Positions 34,460 through 50,545 are shown, counted from the first letter of the stretch. The stretch: DNA of 64,000 nt from the human T2T-CHM13v2.0 reference genome, Homo sapiens (GCF_009914755.1 NC_060936.1); one strand, 5' to 3'. The notes: a model not told the origin generated them from the sequence alone. Made by a program: numbers and translations.

Positions 34460-34710
34460 TGGCAGAATGGTTCTGAGCGTAAACTCCAGAGCCACACTGC
34501 CAAGGTTCAATCCTGGCTCCATCTCTGACTACCTGTGTGACCTCAGGCAAGTCCCTTAATTCTTCTGAGCCTCAGTTTCCTTTTCTGTTCAGTGAGAACA
34601 GAATGACATCCACCTCAGGTTTTCGTGAGGGTTCAATGAGTTATTCTTGGTACAGTTCTAGGGACCACGCCTGCCATGTAGTAGACACTGTAGTGTTAGC
34701 TCTTGTTATT
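34460..34710 (+). mobile_element. MIR
   Basis: ggttcaatcctggctcc...ctgtgtgacctcaggcaagtcccttaattcttctgagcctcagtttcc core. Confidence 0.75.
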
Positions 34711-35298
34711 GCTTTAAATATAAATGATGACTAAGGAGAAAGGCCTATCCTAATTGCCATGAATTGGCCCATTTGAAATTACTTGATACCAGCAGCTGTC
34801 TAAATATTGCCCCATTTTAAGTTCTGCTCTTAACAACCCAAGTATAAGCACTAAATAGAGGCAAGGCAAAAAAAAAATTTTTTTTTTTTAAGCCCCCTGT
34901 GGTTTCCTTCAAACCCTGCAGGATTTCTTTCATGCCATGAATATGTAGTTTTTGGAATTTCTGTAGTGAATTTAACTGTTTATTCTGCTTTGTGGATAGC
35001 ATACTCGTGCCTGGGGAACATGGGTCTTGAGAAATGTGAAGCTGGATGGTGGCAAACCATTAGTCCTTGGCTTCTAGGCTGTGGATACATGGCTGCCTCT
35101 GATTTGGGGGATTTCCTGTATATTGCCTCATTTCTAGTTAAGGATTCAAGTTGACAGACACTTAGTTTTAGGTTACATCTATCATTGAAATGTGGGGTAA
35201 CTGAAAAGCCAACCAGAAAGGAGTGTGCTTCCTCCCCAGGTGTGGTTTCCCTGGGGGCGAGGGATGAGGCTGGTGGCAAATACGCAGCCCCAGGAAGA

Positions 35299-35503
35299 TG
35301 CAGCACAGACTTTTGGAGCTTCTCTTGTCACTTCCCTGGGTCTTACTTCTGCCTCATTCTAGTTGCTGTCAGTGGGTAAATGTGTTCATAGATTAGAACA
35401 AGTTGCAGCACAGACTTTTGGAGCTTCTCTTGTCACTGCCCTGGGTCTTATTTCTGCCTCATTCTAGTTGCTGTCAGTGGGTAAATGTGTCATAGATTAG
35501 AAC
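35299..35503. repeat. Tandem duplication, two ~101-bp copies (period 105)
   Basis: 35299-35399 vs 35404-35503 differ by two substitutions and one 1-bp indel. Confidence 0.95.
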
Positions 35504-37374
35504 GCCTTTGTAACTAAGATAAAGCCACAAGCTTTATTTTGTTACAGTTCCTGTGTGCTTGCTTGAAGGCCTTGAGAGTACATTCATGATATGATTCTAG
35601 TAACTCCTGTTTTAATTCTTAGATGTGTTGATAAGCATAGTGTATTGACATAAACCAGTATGAAGCATGGAGGGGGTTCAGATGAACTGGTAAGAAAAAC
35701 TTGCAATCCTTGGAAAGCCATATGATTACACAGGATTATGAAGAGGCCCTAAGGTTTCTCTAATTTAGCCCTTTCATTGTGCAAATAAAGAAACCAAGGA
35801 TCTTCGAGTGTATATGGGATTTGCTGGGTATCTTTCCATTAGATAATGACTAAGATGGTATTAGAAGGTGAGTCATCTTTTCCACTGCACCATACTACTT
35901 ATGTTCTGCCTCTTTGGAGTCCTTCATTTCATTTTTGGTTATTCCTTTTTTTACATGGTAGGTCCTCAACTGGTGTTTGAAGGAATGCACGAGAGTTGCC
36001 ATTCATGGGCCTGCACACAGGGCTGGGCAGGGATTTCTTTCTGTCATCGGTACCGTAATGTTTAAGACCCAGCTGGAGTCATTTTCCAAGTATTTGACCT
36101 GACTTCCTGTACTGTGTGTCCTCCCAGGGAGAGAGACTGATCCAGATTAAATGAGTAGTTCCGAGTGTTGCACAGAGCATCACTGTCTGAACTGGCATTA
36201 GCATTCACTTTGAGCTCCTTTGGTTAAAAGCCTGGTTAGCGTGAGCTGTTGGCCAGGTGAAACTGTTGCTATCGCCCTGACACTGTGAACCGAATCTCCT
36301 TTAAATGACAACATTGTTAGAGTCCTGTGGCCGCTTTTAAATATATTTTGGCTTCAGTTGCTTCTTTCTTGACCTGAAATTATAAAATGAGTTGGGAGTA
36401 CCTATTGCAAAGCTGCAAATTTTGACAAGAACATTGAGATGTCGGCTTCTTTTTGCTGAAATCCTGAGGCAAGACATTTCAAGAAAATTTTATGTTCCCA
36501 TAGAATGTCACAAGTTACTCTGGCATCAATTCCAGGTTGAAACCTTACAGTGTAATTATAGTTTCCCCCCTTCTTGTCCTTTGGGCAACCTTTCTTTTCT
36601 GTAAGAAATACAACTGGTCCCCTGGGTGGCAGGAAATCCAGGTGGGGGAGTGGGCTGCTTCTGGTTCGGCGGACTGTAAGGTATGCTGCACAGGGCTTCC
36701 TTGGGCCTGGCCCCACACTTCCTTTGCACCAGCACTGTCCTGCCAAAAGCCAGAAATCCTGGAAGAGGGCCGAATCTAGTTTATTACTTGCCTGTTGGAA
36801 ATGTAGGCTTGTGTTTTTTGGCAAGGCATGAGCAGAGCCCGGTTATTTGACTGCTCTGAGATTTAACTCCATTCCGCTTTTGGACAATGACATATGAGCA
36901 TGTGTGAACAGCAGCCCCATTTCCCCCCAGTTTGCCTGCCCTAGACATGCCCTCAGACAGCTGGCTCTGCCAGCTTTCCCAGTGCCAGGTTCTAGAGCCC
37001 CTGTTCTTCTCCCTCCCCTGCTCATTTCCAGTCCACCAGAGCGGGCAGTGTCAGAGGTCCCATGCAGCCTCCTCTCTTGTGAGGAACCCCAGAGCACCTG
37101 TAGTCTCTAAGCCAACTAGCCAGTATTGAGGGCTCCTGGGTTATGGAAATGAAACCAGGGCTGGGAAAAGATATTCCCTGTCCTGTATCACTTCCAATGA
37201 AGAGAAACAAGAATTTTAGCAAATTGAACATTGCTGCAGTGCCTAGAACAATGCCTGGCATGTAGTAGATGTTGAATAAATACTTGTTTAATGAACAACT
37301 TTATATTCTTCAATTATCTCATCCTAGGGACTGATAAGTTTTCTCATTCTATCAGAGAAAATAAAGGTTATGAG

Positions 37375-37740
37375 GGTTGCATTAGGTAGAGTAAGCTAGG
37401 CTACAGCTGTAAGTAGACTCAAAGATGTGTAATGGATCAAATGCAACAGAAGTTTATTTGTTGCTCTTGTTCAAGGTGGGTGTTTCTGGTTAGCAGGTGA
37501 CTCTCCTCCATTGAGTTCAGGGACTCAGTTTCCTTCTATCTTGTGGCTCTGCCGTCCCCAAAGACCACCTTGCTGATAGTGTCCAGTGGCAAAAGGGAAA
37601 AAAGAGTGGACTAGCACAGTTAGGAGGTTCTTACGGGCCAAACCTATGAGTGTTGCCTATGACTTCGGCTAGAACTCAATTACATGGCCACAGCTAACTC
37701 CAAAGAGGCTGGGAAATACAGTCTATTGTGTGCCCAGGGG
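37375..37740. mobile_element. Old MaLR LTR (MLT1J/K-like)
   Basis: cattaggtagagtaagctaggctacagctgtaa...gaagtttatt...ttcagggactcag...acatggccacagctaactccaaagaggctgggaaatacagtct. Confidence 0.6.
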
Positions 37741-37977
37741 TACACTAAATTTTGAACATCTGTGTCATCTTCGAACTTAGATTCCTAAAATGCATCTGCA
37801 GCCCAGCTTTGAGATTCAGAAGGCCTGATGCAAGGTTCCATGGTAAATTTTGCTTGGTTTAAGTCCTCCTGCCAATGAAAACCAAGTGACATTAGGAACA
37901 GATCTAACAATAAGTTAAAAAAAAATCAAGCTATAATAGTTTATATTCAATATGATTTCAACTGTGTTAAATATTCT

Positions 37978-38495
37978 GTTTGTTTATTTTAGAGCAGGGT
38001 TGTCCAATATTTTGGCTTCCCAGCCACATTGGAAGAATTGTCTTGGGCCACACATAAACATATTAATGCTGAGGATAGCTAATGAGCTTAAAAACAACAA
38101 CAACAAAAAAAACTCATAATATTTTAAGAAAGCTTACAAATTTATATTAGGCCACACTCAAAGCTGTCCTGGACTGCATGCAGCCCACGGCCGAACAATC
38201 TTGTTTTAGAGACAGGGTCTCCCTGGTCTCCTTCTGTTGCCCAGGCTGGAGTGCAATACCACAATCATAGCTTCCGGTAGCCTCAAACTCCTGGGCTCAA
38301 GTGATCCTCCCACTTCAGCCTCTCAAGTAACCAGGACTACAGGTGTGCCACCTACCTGGCTAATTTTTAAATTTTTTTGTAGAGACAGTGTCTTGCCATA
38401 TTGCCCAGGCTGGTCTTGAACTCCTGGCCTCAAGCAATCCTCCTACCCACCTCCCCAAAGTGCTGGGATTACAGGTGCGAGTCATCGTGCCTGCC
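37978..38495 (-). mobile_element. AluJ-like (tail interrupted by MER30)
   Basis: Alu body at 38204-38495; TSD tgttaaatattct at ~37965-37977 and ~38498-38510. Confidence 0.85.
37995..38203 (+). mobile_element. MER30 (hAT MITE) inserted in an Alu tail
   Basis: cagggttgtccaatattttggcttccc...ccacattggaagaattgtcttgggccacacataaa; 8-bp TSD ttttagag at 37987-37994 and 38204-38211. Confidence 0.85.
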
Positions 38496-38781
38496 TATGT
38501 TAAATATTCTTAATAAATGATTAGACAGAAGGTAACATGACAGTGACTTAATTGTGGTTGCCCTTTAGAGATGAGATTATCAGTGGTATTTTGTTTTAGC
38601 CTGCTTCTGTTTTTCTGTATTTTACAAGATTTCTATCTTGAACATGCATTGCTTTTTTTTTTTTTTTTTTCAATTTGAAATACCTTTTTTTTTTTTTTTT
38701 TTTTTTTTTAAACTGATGGGTAGGCTCCATCTTCAGAGATTCTGAGCCAGTGGGTCTGGAGTAGGGCCTGGTACTTGCTCT

Positions 38782-39095
38782 TTTATTTTTTAATTTAATT
38801 TTTTTACAGAGAGTGTCTTGTTCTGTCACTTAGGCCAGAGTGCAGTGGCACAATCATAGCTCACTCCAGCCTCAAACTCCTAGGCTCAAGTGATCCTCCT
38901 GCCCCAGCCTCCCCAGTAGCTAGGATTACAGGTGCGTGACACTATGCCCAGCTGACTTTAATTTTTTTTTTTTTTTTTTGTAGAGACAGGGTCTCGCTAG
39001 GTTTCCCAGACTGACCTTGAACTCCTGGCCTCAAGCAGTCCTCCCACAATGGCCTCCCAAATGCCAGGATTACAGGCATGAGCCACCATACCTAG
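38782..39095 (-). mobile_element. AluJ-like
   Basis: Alu dimer. Confidence 0.85.
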
Positions 39096-39234
39096 CTTCT
39101 GTTTTGTTTTGTTTTGTTTTGTTTTCTCACAGTATGTGAATCTCATAAGAGTTCCATCTCCCTGCCTGCAGCTTTTTGACTCACCAGGATAGGAATATGC
39201 CTCTGAGAACTTTTTACGCACATGCCTTTACATG

Positions 39235-39545
39235 TCTGCTTCATTTATGAACTAGTCAGCTCTGTGTCAGGCCCTGTTGTAGGTGTCGAGGAAATATCAC
39301 TACAAAACAGACAAGAATCCCTCCTTCAGAGACCTTACATTCCATTGTGGACACAGACAATAAACACGGTAAAAAAAATAAGATAGATGGCATGTAAGAT
39401 GGTAAATACAAGAATAAAAAAAAAAAGTAAGGGGATATAAAATGTCAGTAGGGTAGAAATTTTACATGGGGTGACACAGAAGGCCTTCCCAGAAAGGAAC
39501 TTTTAATATAAAGACCTGCTGGTCAGTACAGAGCTAGCCAGGAGA
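39235..39545. mobile_element. L2 3' fragment
   Basis: ttcatttatgaac...ctctgtgtcaggccctgttgtaggtg...aaacagacaagaatccct...cttacattcc...cagacaataaac...agaaggccttcc motif. Confidence 0.55.
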
Positions 39546-41315
39546 CTCTTCTTTATAACTCTGTCTAGATCTGAAATTTATCAGGTTATTTGACCAATGG
39601 CAACCCCAAATCCCAAGATTCTGTTCTTTACTATCACCCTGCTCACTGTCGTGTTTATCTGAATGTTCTGAACTAGAGTCTTATTTGCTATCTCTGTTGT
39701 TAGTTGGTAGGAGACTTGCAGATCTATACTCCTTTTAAAAACATCTGAATTGTTTTAGATCTCAGGGACTCCCAAAGGATTTCATCAGGAGGTGTCCCTA
39801 AAGCTTGAAGCAGCATTTAATTTTCTTCTGCCCACGTTGACAGACTGACTATAGTATTGTAAGACTTTAGTTGACGTCCTGGCGATCCTCCATAGTTTTC
39901 ATTTACACATGAGTAGAGAGCATTTCACTTGTCTAAGGTCCTTTCACACCATTGCTGGAAACTGCCCATGACAGCCAACCTGCAGCCCAGAGCAAAAGGC
40001 ATAATGAATGTGGAAGGACTCTGCAGGACCATACGGAGCTATGTAAAAGAAAGGATTATTTTGGGGGTGTAAGAGTCATTTATATCAAATGCAGCCAGAC
40101 AAGGAGGGATTGCAAAATGTTATTCTGTAGAAGTATGAGCATTAGTGGCGTAATACAGCATCATTACAGTGATGGTTTCTTCCTGTATCCCAAAGTCCCC
40201 CAGCCTCCTCTCTTCCCCTTTCTACCTGGAAGTTTACGAATTCTCTCTTTGCCCTTGCTGAGACTTAGATTCTCTGGAGTCTGTCACTCACCTGCCTCTC
40301 CATCAGATATTGTAATAGTCATAGTTGTATTCTGCAAAATCCGTGAAATTCACATGGCTCTAGCCTGAAATGTCCAGCCTCCACTCCTGCTCCCTGACTT
40401 CTGCTGTGCCCCCTCCTGCTGGTGTCTGCTCCCCTTCTCTGCCTGAGGAATCCTGCTCTCCCATCAGCAACCGCCAACATCCTGGCACATGCAGAGGTCC
40501 CGGTTTCCCTTGATCACAAGGGACCTCCTTCCTTATGCCTCCCTGGTGCACAGGAAGTGTTTGCTGGAACCGTTTATGTGGTAAAGTTGAGTCGGTGCCT
40601 CAGCCATCTGCATGAGGAATGACATGGGCCTCTGGACTCTAGATCAGGCTCCAGCCTGATGTCCCGAGCAGCCATCTATCATCCTGCCCGGGAGCACAAG
40701 GCAGCCCCAGTGGCAGTATACCAAATCATTAGACCAATATCATCATTGTCCCATGTGCGGTATCTTGGTTCTTTCTTCAGGCACGGGGTGGAGGATTTTA
40801 GCTGTAAAATATTTACCCACGCACCACTGCTAAGCTCTGTTCTCTGAGTCAAAAAGGGGTTGTGTTCACACATGGTTTGGGTGCATACACGAGGGAATTA
40901 CAGAGCACATAGTCCAGTTTTCCATTGTTTCATTACCTTAGCTGAGGTTTTAAGATGTTAAGTGTGTCACTTTGGTCACACAAACTTACTTTTACCTCTC
41001 TTTAATTCTGGACATCGGAAAAGGGAGTCCAGGTTAGTGGCGTGGCTTGGAGCCTTTCCTTCACTATCCACCTGCTGCATCTGTGGAGGCTTCTCCAGCC
41101 CCTCACCTGATGTGGTAGTGACAGCAGCAATAATGTTGCAGCTGTCGTTTTTACATGTTTACCATGTGCCAGGTCTAGAATAGGCATTTTGCATATATCA
41201 GCTATATTTCACGATCAGCTGAGATTCAGAGACCTGAATGTGTTCCCGGTTACACAGTTGTCGAAGTGGAGCTGGGATGCAGGCTCAGAGCTAACGTCCA
41301 CCTTCGAAACTCTAA

Positions 41316-41983
<668 letters not shown>

Positions 41984-43864
41984 GTGTCTTCAATTCTTTA
42001 AGGTCTTATTCTTTCATCCTGTCTCCTGCTCATGCCCAATGTTCAAGCATGTTCCCTTACCCTGTATTCCTTTATAATACTCGCTGCATAGTGTCACAGT
42101 ATACTTAGCATCTCAAAAGCAGTCTTTATAGGATGCAACCACACTTTAAAATAGCCCTGAAGACCCCACATTTACATTCTTGAAGTGGCAACTCCGCCTA
42201 CCTTGCAGGTAACTTCTTTATACTTCCAACCGTGCTTTGGAGAATGGGGCTTTTTAACAGTGTCTCAGAGGACTGTGGTGGTACAGAAGGTAGACAGAGA
42301 GTGGACTCATGCCTAGGAGCTTCATCCTTCCCCACTGCCACTCTGGAGGGGTTGCAGAGAGGGAGCCTCGAATTAGTCAGAAAGGGCTGGGGTGCTTGGT
42401 TACAGACGGGGCCTTTTCCAGGAGGCAAAAGATCTCAGATGTCTACGTGCCCTACACCGCTGTCTTTCATGGGACCCGAGGAAAGCTCTCCCAAGGAACG
42501 GGAGGAGTGGGACTTCTGTCCCTCAGGCTTTTATTTTTACTTGTGATGTTTTTCTTTTCCTGGTTTGCTGCCATCAATGCCATTTGCAAGGCCTTTTGTG
42601 GGGAGGAGGTATAATCTGCCTGTTTAGTTTTGGAAGCTGCTTAAAGGTTTTAGGATTTCTGTCCCACTTTCCCACCTAGACGTGATGCCAAGGGTAAGAA
42701 GGCATCGGGGAAACTGGGCAAGTCGTAAAGTAATTATTGGAACAGTCATACAATTCAAATTCCTGCCGTTCTGATATCGCTTAATTCTTTTGAAGACCTG
42801 AATAAAATGTGTTCTTTTTCTGAGACATTTAGATACATTGTTTGAACAAAGGAAACAGGGTGACTTCAAAATGTCCAGTATGTGGAAATCGATGCCGTTC
42901 AGCCTGTGGTGTAATTAATGAAAACATTGGCGACAGTCGGCCTCATTGTTTGTCATTGTGCAACAGGAGGTGGTACACTAATAAGGAGCCGGGGAAGGTT
43001 TACGTAATTCAGAAGGAAGCAGACGTGTGCAGTTTTGACTGATGCCCTTCTCACTGCAGATCCAGGCTCACCGAGCAGGTTCCTATTCCTGATGGACGTG
43101 GAGATGTCTGATTGGATTTTGTCATTTGATTTTTGACACTGATTAATGATAGATTTTTATTTCCCTTATGGTCAGAAATAATTGTCTTGAAAAGCTTCAC
43201 TTTAGATCATAGTTTTCACACACAGTTATAATTCATTGGGTAAAGCATAGTAGAACAAACTATGGAAAAGGAAATGTCATTGGTAGACTTTGGTCGCTTA
43301 GGACAGGTGTGGTGGCCCTTGGAATCAGGAGATCTGGAGTTCTGTCCTGGCCCCATCAGTCCCAGCTGTGTGAGCTTAGGGATAGTGCTTGCCCACTCTG
43401 GGAGCAGCCTTCATCTGTAAAAGGAGGGGGTTGCTCAGGACCCTTGCACCTCCTTCCTTTTACAGATGAAGATTGCTTTGTCTAAGCCCCCTTGGTGAGG
43501 TCAAGAATTGTGAAATGTTTGTACAAGTGAGATGTCAAGAGTACAAAATGTACAGACGAACTGCCAGTGAAAATGTCATTTAAGTTTATCTGCTAACAGT
43601 TTATTCCCTTTGGTCTCCTCTCAGTTTTTGTTTTGTAATTGTCCATGTTTTGTCTGGTAATTTGTTATTTTTTTTATTAGAAAAGTAAACACCAAAGTGT
43701 TTTTCCATTCCGCTTGACAGCATAACAAATTGCCATTTAAATTCATCTCTTAAGGATTTCAAAAAGGCATTAAACACACTGCTCAACATGGTATGTATTT
43801 AATTGAAATGAGCTGACTTTTGAATTAATTAGCTCTTTAGAAAAAATAGGCAAAAATGGAGCCG

Positions 43865-44070
43865 AAAAGCATGGGTTTGAATTCTGGCTTCACTGCTAGT
43901 ACGAGCTGTGTGACCCTGGGCACCTTTTCTCATCTCTGAATCTCTAATTTCTCATCTCTAATAGGAGAGGGACACTTTCCCTATGAGAGTGTGGTGAGGT
44001 ATAAAGATAATGTATGTAAACTGCACAGTACAGTATCTGACAGTTAGTAGATACTTAATGGATAGCAGCT
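43865..44070 (+). mobile_element. MIR
   Basis: gggtttgaattctggcttcact...gctgtgtgaccctgggc...ttctcatct...gtggtgagg...tgtatgtaaa core. Confidence 0.7.
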
Positions 44071-44323
44071 GTAACTGTTATACATTATTTTATTACAATA
44101 ATTAAAATAACTAGAGAATTTGTGTATATTATATACTGGGTTCTATCTACCAAATCATTCTAATATGATGTGCATTGATTACCAAAAGAAATAGTCCTCC
44201 AGTATGGATGCCAGTTTTGTTTCTGTTAGAGTGTGTGGAGTGAGATTTACCAGAGAGGGATTTCTCTTTTCTGGTTGACAGATCAAAGGTACGCCTATGA
44301 GAATACATGGCAAGAATTTATTC

Positions 44324-45758
<1,435 letters not shown>

Positions 45759-46829
45759 AAGAGTTTATTCTTACAGGCTGCCATTGCAAACTACTGTCTT
45801 CAGAAACAAGGTCACTTCAAAGTGTCCAGAATGTGGTAATTGGTGCCATTCAGCCTGTGGTGTAATTAAGGAAAACATTTGCCCATTGTTGTCCATTGTG
45901 CTAGAGAGAGGCGTCCAGGAAAGATTCATACTCCCAAACCCTCCATGGGAGTGGTGATCTGGAGAGGGTCGGACAGCCAGAAAGCACATAGTTGACCCTG
46001 AAAGGTTTTGTTGCAGCCTGTCATACCCTAACCTTTATAATCTGTCTGAATCTCTACTGCAGGTCAAGTAGCCATGGTCTGGTGGGGATAGAGGTGGCAG
46101 GTGGGCTAGAACGTGCCATATCTTGATTTGTGGCAATGGGCCTCCTACTCTTCGGAGTGGAGACAGCTAATACCATGAGTCAAAGACCAAATCGGGATAG
46201 CCGATGTATAAAAACACAAGCACCGGGTTTGCAAACTGGAAGAAAGGTCTTGAAGAAGGTGTCAGAAGCAAAAAATGGTAAGTATGTGAGGAGGTGGATA
46301 TTTTAATTAGCATGACTATAGAAATCATTTCACTATGTATATGTATGTCAAAACATGTGTGCTGTAAATATATAGTTTTTATTTTTTAAAAAATGAATGC
46401 TGTCAGTATGAGTCCATTTAAAAATAAGCAGGCTTGAAGGTTCAAGGAAATTGCTGAGAACTGGCATCTCACGCTTCCTTTTGGGGTTAGTCGATGCATG
46501 GTATGGCTAATGTAAAGATCCAGGATCTTATGAACACAGCTTTTTACCTTGGACTGTTCCTCTTGCAGACTCAGCTACCACCTTCCTTTAGGATTAAAAA
46601 TGTTTTACTTAGCCTCAACAATTTGTTTTAGAGCCACTTTCATAGTGCCTAGTCCTGGATTCCCAAATAGGTTTCTTCATCTTCGTAAACTCGAAAGTGG
46701 CCATCTGGGGTTCAGTGTCAGGAAGGGTTCTGAGTCCAAGTCAGATTTAAATAATAACCATGATGCATTACTGGTATCTGTCGGGGGTCTGGGAGAAGGA
46801 ATTGAATGTATTTGAATACACTTATTTTA

Positions 46830-47650
46830 TTATTTTTTAAAACTGAGTTATCATTCACGTAGTTCACCCTTTTACAGTGTGCATTTCAGTGGTTTTAGTA
46901 TTCTTGCAAGATTGTGCAGCTACACCACTATGTAATTCCAGAACATTTTCATCTGCCTAGAATGAAACTCTATGTACATCAGCAGTCACTCCCCATACCT
47001 CTATTCCCCTATCCCCTGGCAACTACCAGTCTCCTTTCTGTCTCTCTGGACTTGCCTGTTGGGGGTATTTCATATAAAGGGAATCATGTGATATGTGGCC
47101 CTTGTGTCTGGTTTCTTTTACTTAGCATAATGTTTTCAAGGTTTATCCATGTTGTAGCTTATATCAGTATCTCATATCTTTTTATGGATGAACAATATTT
47201 TATTCTATGAATAGACCACATTTTGTTTATCCATTTTTCAGTGGATGGATATTTGGGTTGTGTCTACTTTTTGCCTATTATGAATAATGCTGCTATAAAC
47301 ATTTGTGTACAAGGTTTTGGGTGAACATATAATTTACTTCTCTTGGGAATACATGTGAAGTGAAATTGCTGGCTGTATAGTAACTTTATGTTTAACTTTT
47401 TGAGAAACGGCCAAACTGCTCTTCAAAATGACTGTCCCATTTTACATGCTTACCAGCAATGCACAGGGGTTCCAGTTTCTTCACACCCTCACTAACATTT
47501 GTCATTGTCTGCCTTTTAATTTGAGCCATCCCAGTGGGTGTGAAGTTGTATTCTTTCTGCTTTTGATTGCACTTCTCTAATGTCCAGTGATGTTGAACAT
47601 CTTTTCCTGTGTTTACTGGCCATTTGTATATCTTCTTTGGATAAATGGCT
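46830..47650 (-). mobile_element. L1MB-like 3' fragment
   Basis: L1MB 3' UTR motifs (ttcagtggttttagtattc...taattccagaacattttcatc...gtttatccatgttgtagc). Confidence 0.75.
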
Positions 47651-48616
47651 TCAGTTATAATTCCAAGGCCAGATTTTGCCCTAGGGACAGTACTGATTTA
47701 TATAGTTAGGCTGACTGCTTCCTAATTGGGAGAATTGGTAGTTCTGAATTTCAGAAACATCTGAGAAGGGTGGATATTGAAGCTTTATATAAAATATGTA
47801 GCAGTTTTCTTTTAATGTGATTATGATTTGGGAACTTTTTAGTTTTACTACCATGAAAAACAGAACTTCCAAGCATACTTTGCCATTCATTGTTAGAATA
47901 ATATAAACATACATGTTTATAGCAGTGTTCTGTTTTCAGATCATCCTACATATATTATCTCATTATAACCATTACAACACTGCCGTGAGGTAGGATGAAT
48001 ATTAGCCATTATTATCCCCACTTTTAAAAAGTAGAAGCTGAGAGTCAGCTTGTGATTTGCCCAAGTTCACCAACTAGTAGGATTTAAATTCAGGCCTTCT
48101 GACTTACTTTGTTAATGGTAATGAATTATTAGTGATGTCAGGGATTTGAAGGGTGAGCTTACATTGCTAAAAATCAGCAATATGCCCATCTTCAAATAAC
48201 AGATTGTTACTGACTTCAGAATGTATTATTTGAATAGCTGTAAAACAGGATGAATTGTTACTTTTCCATTTAGCTTCTTTAGCTACAAAGTACTTACAAT
48301 AAAAGAGCAGAATTACATATCACTGCCTGCTCATTACATTTTGAACCCAGAAGGAAATCCACCCAAAGAAAGAACAAAGCTGGGAATGGATTTAGAACCC
48401 TAAAAAGAGGCAGCCTTTGGTTAGCTGACCTTGAACCATCCATCATGCCTCCTCCTCCCAGCCTCCATATTCCTAAACTGACATCCTTGGGGAACAGGAA
48501 TTTAAATGTAGAACGAGTGCAGAGAAAGTGAGATATCTATTGAGATCAAATAAAAATTGACCTTGAGACTAACATTAACTGACAGACACCACATTAAAAG
48601 CTAAACATTACCTTTA

Positions 48617-49090
<474 letters not shown>

Positions 49091-49309
49091 TCATTTTTCT
49101 TTTGACCATGAGGGTTATTAAATTTGCTTTTGATCATTTCATGCATATCTACATCTTAAGTTTTTAGAATTTAAAAGTTGTACACTATCTTTATGAAGTT
49201 CTTACTGTTATGTTGCACATCTTTTCTAACTTAAAATAAGCCCTTGTAGTATGTCACTAATTTGGAAAATTTACCTTTACTTTGAAAAGAACTACATCAA
49301 GCATAGTGA

Positions 49310-49592
49310 GGCCAGGTGTGGTAGATCATGCCTGTAATCCCAACACTTTGGGAGGCTGAGCGGGTGGATGGCTTGGGCCAGGAGTTTGGAGATCAGCCAG
49401 GGCATCATCTTGAGACCCCATCTCCACAAAAAATAAAAATTAGCCAGGCATGGTGGCATGTGCCTGTAGTCTCAGCTACTCAGGAAGCTGAGATGGGAGG
49501 ATTGCTCGGACCCAGGAGTTCAAGGCTCCCGTGAGCTATGATCAGGCCACTGTACTCCAGCCTGGGCAACAGAGCGAGACCCTGTCTCCAAA
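49310..49592 (+). mobile_element. AluJ-like
   Basis: Diverged Alu dimer. Confidence 0.85.
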
Positions 49593-50545
49593 TAACAAAC
49601 CACAGTGACATCTTTCATAGGATGACCCATCTGCCTCAAACCAGCATCAAAGCTTATTTTATGAGGAAAATTTATATAACAAAAGTTTTTGAAGCACCGT
49701 ACTCTCTTGTTGGAGAGGATATCATTTATTAAAGCTTTTGGTTTTGCTTTCAAAATATTTTTTGAAAAATATACATGTACGCATGTACGCCTATGTATTT
49801 TTATTTTTACCATATTGGATAGCATCAAACAGTGGTAATAGTTATTCTCATGGCTAAACATATAGATTAAAAACACATGGAAGGACTTGTAGGTAAATAA
49901 TGATTTCAGTTATTACGTAGTGCGAAATGATTCTATCAGGAAACTGTGGGATGAGTAATGTGACTCTGCTGTAAGATTTTCAGTAGCAGAAGTACAGAAC
50001 AAAAATAAAACATGTCAGCAAAAAACACAATGGTAAGTTGTCATCTGAGTGATTGTGTAAGCCTTGAAGATAGTTAATGTAACCGAGATGAGGCGTCCAC
50101 ATAAGCTCCTGCCTTCACAATAGATATGTTGTGTCTATTTGGATATCACAAAATGTCATTCAGTTTTTTATTCTGCTTTCATGTACTACATTTCTTATCT
50201 TGCTTTTTCATTCTTCATGTAAAAGAGGTTTCTAGACAGAGTTTCTGTTTCAGTTCACATATATTTTATCACTTATGGAGCTCCTTTTTCCTGGGAACTG
50301 TTCTAGGAGTTTTATACATTTTATCTCATTTAATTCTCACGTCAACCCTATGACGTAGGCATTGTCAATTTCACCAATTTTAGGGGACAGAGCAGCTGAG
50401 GGTCAGCAAGGTTAAGTAACTGGCTTAAGGTCATGAAGGTAATCAGTCATCTGCAGAAGCAAGATTTTGACTCAGTTCTGTCTGATGCTACTGTCGTTAT
50501 CCATAAGCGATGTATGTATATTTTAGTTAGAAAACTGGAATGTTT

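Noticed and set aside
36930-36952. p53-like half site AGACATGCCC
   Set aside because: The neighbouring half site is poor, so this is expected by chance.
42842-43042. Zinc-finger-like peptide KCPVCGNRCRSACG, echoed by KCPECGNWCHSACG at ~45820
   Set aside because: Only about 3 of 10 differences between the copies are silent in this frame, near neutral expectation, and there is no consistent splice or start context. Kept only as a non-coding duplication finding.
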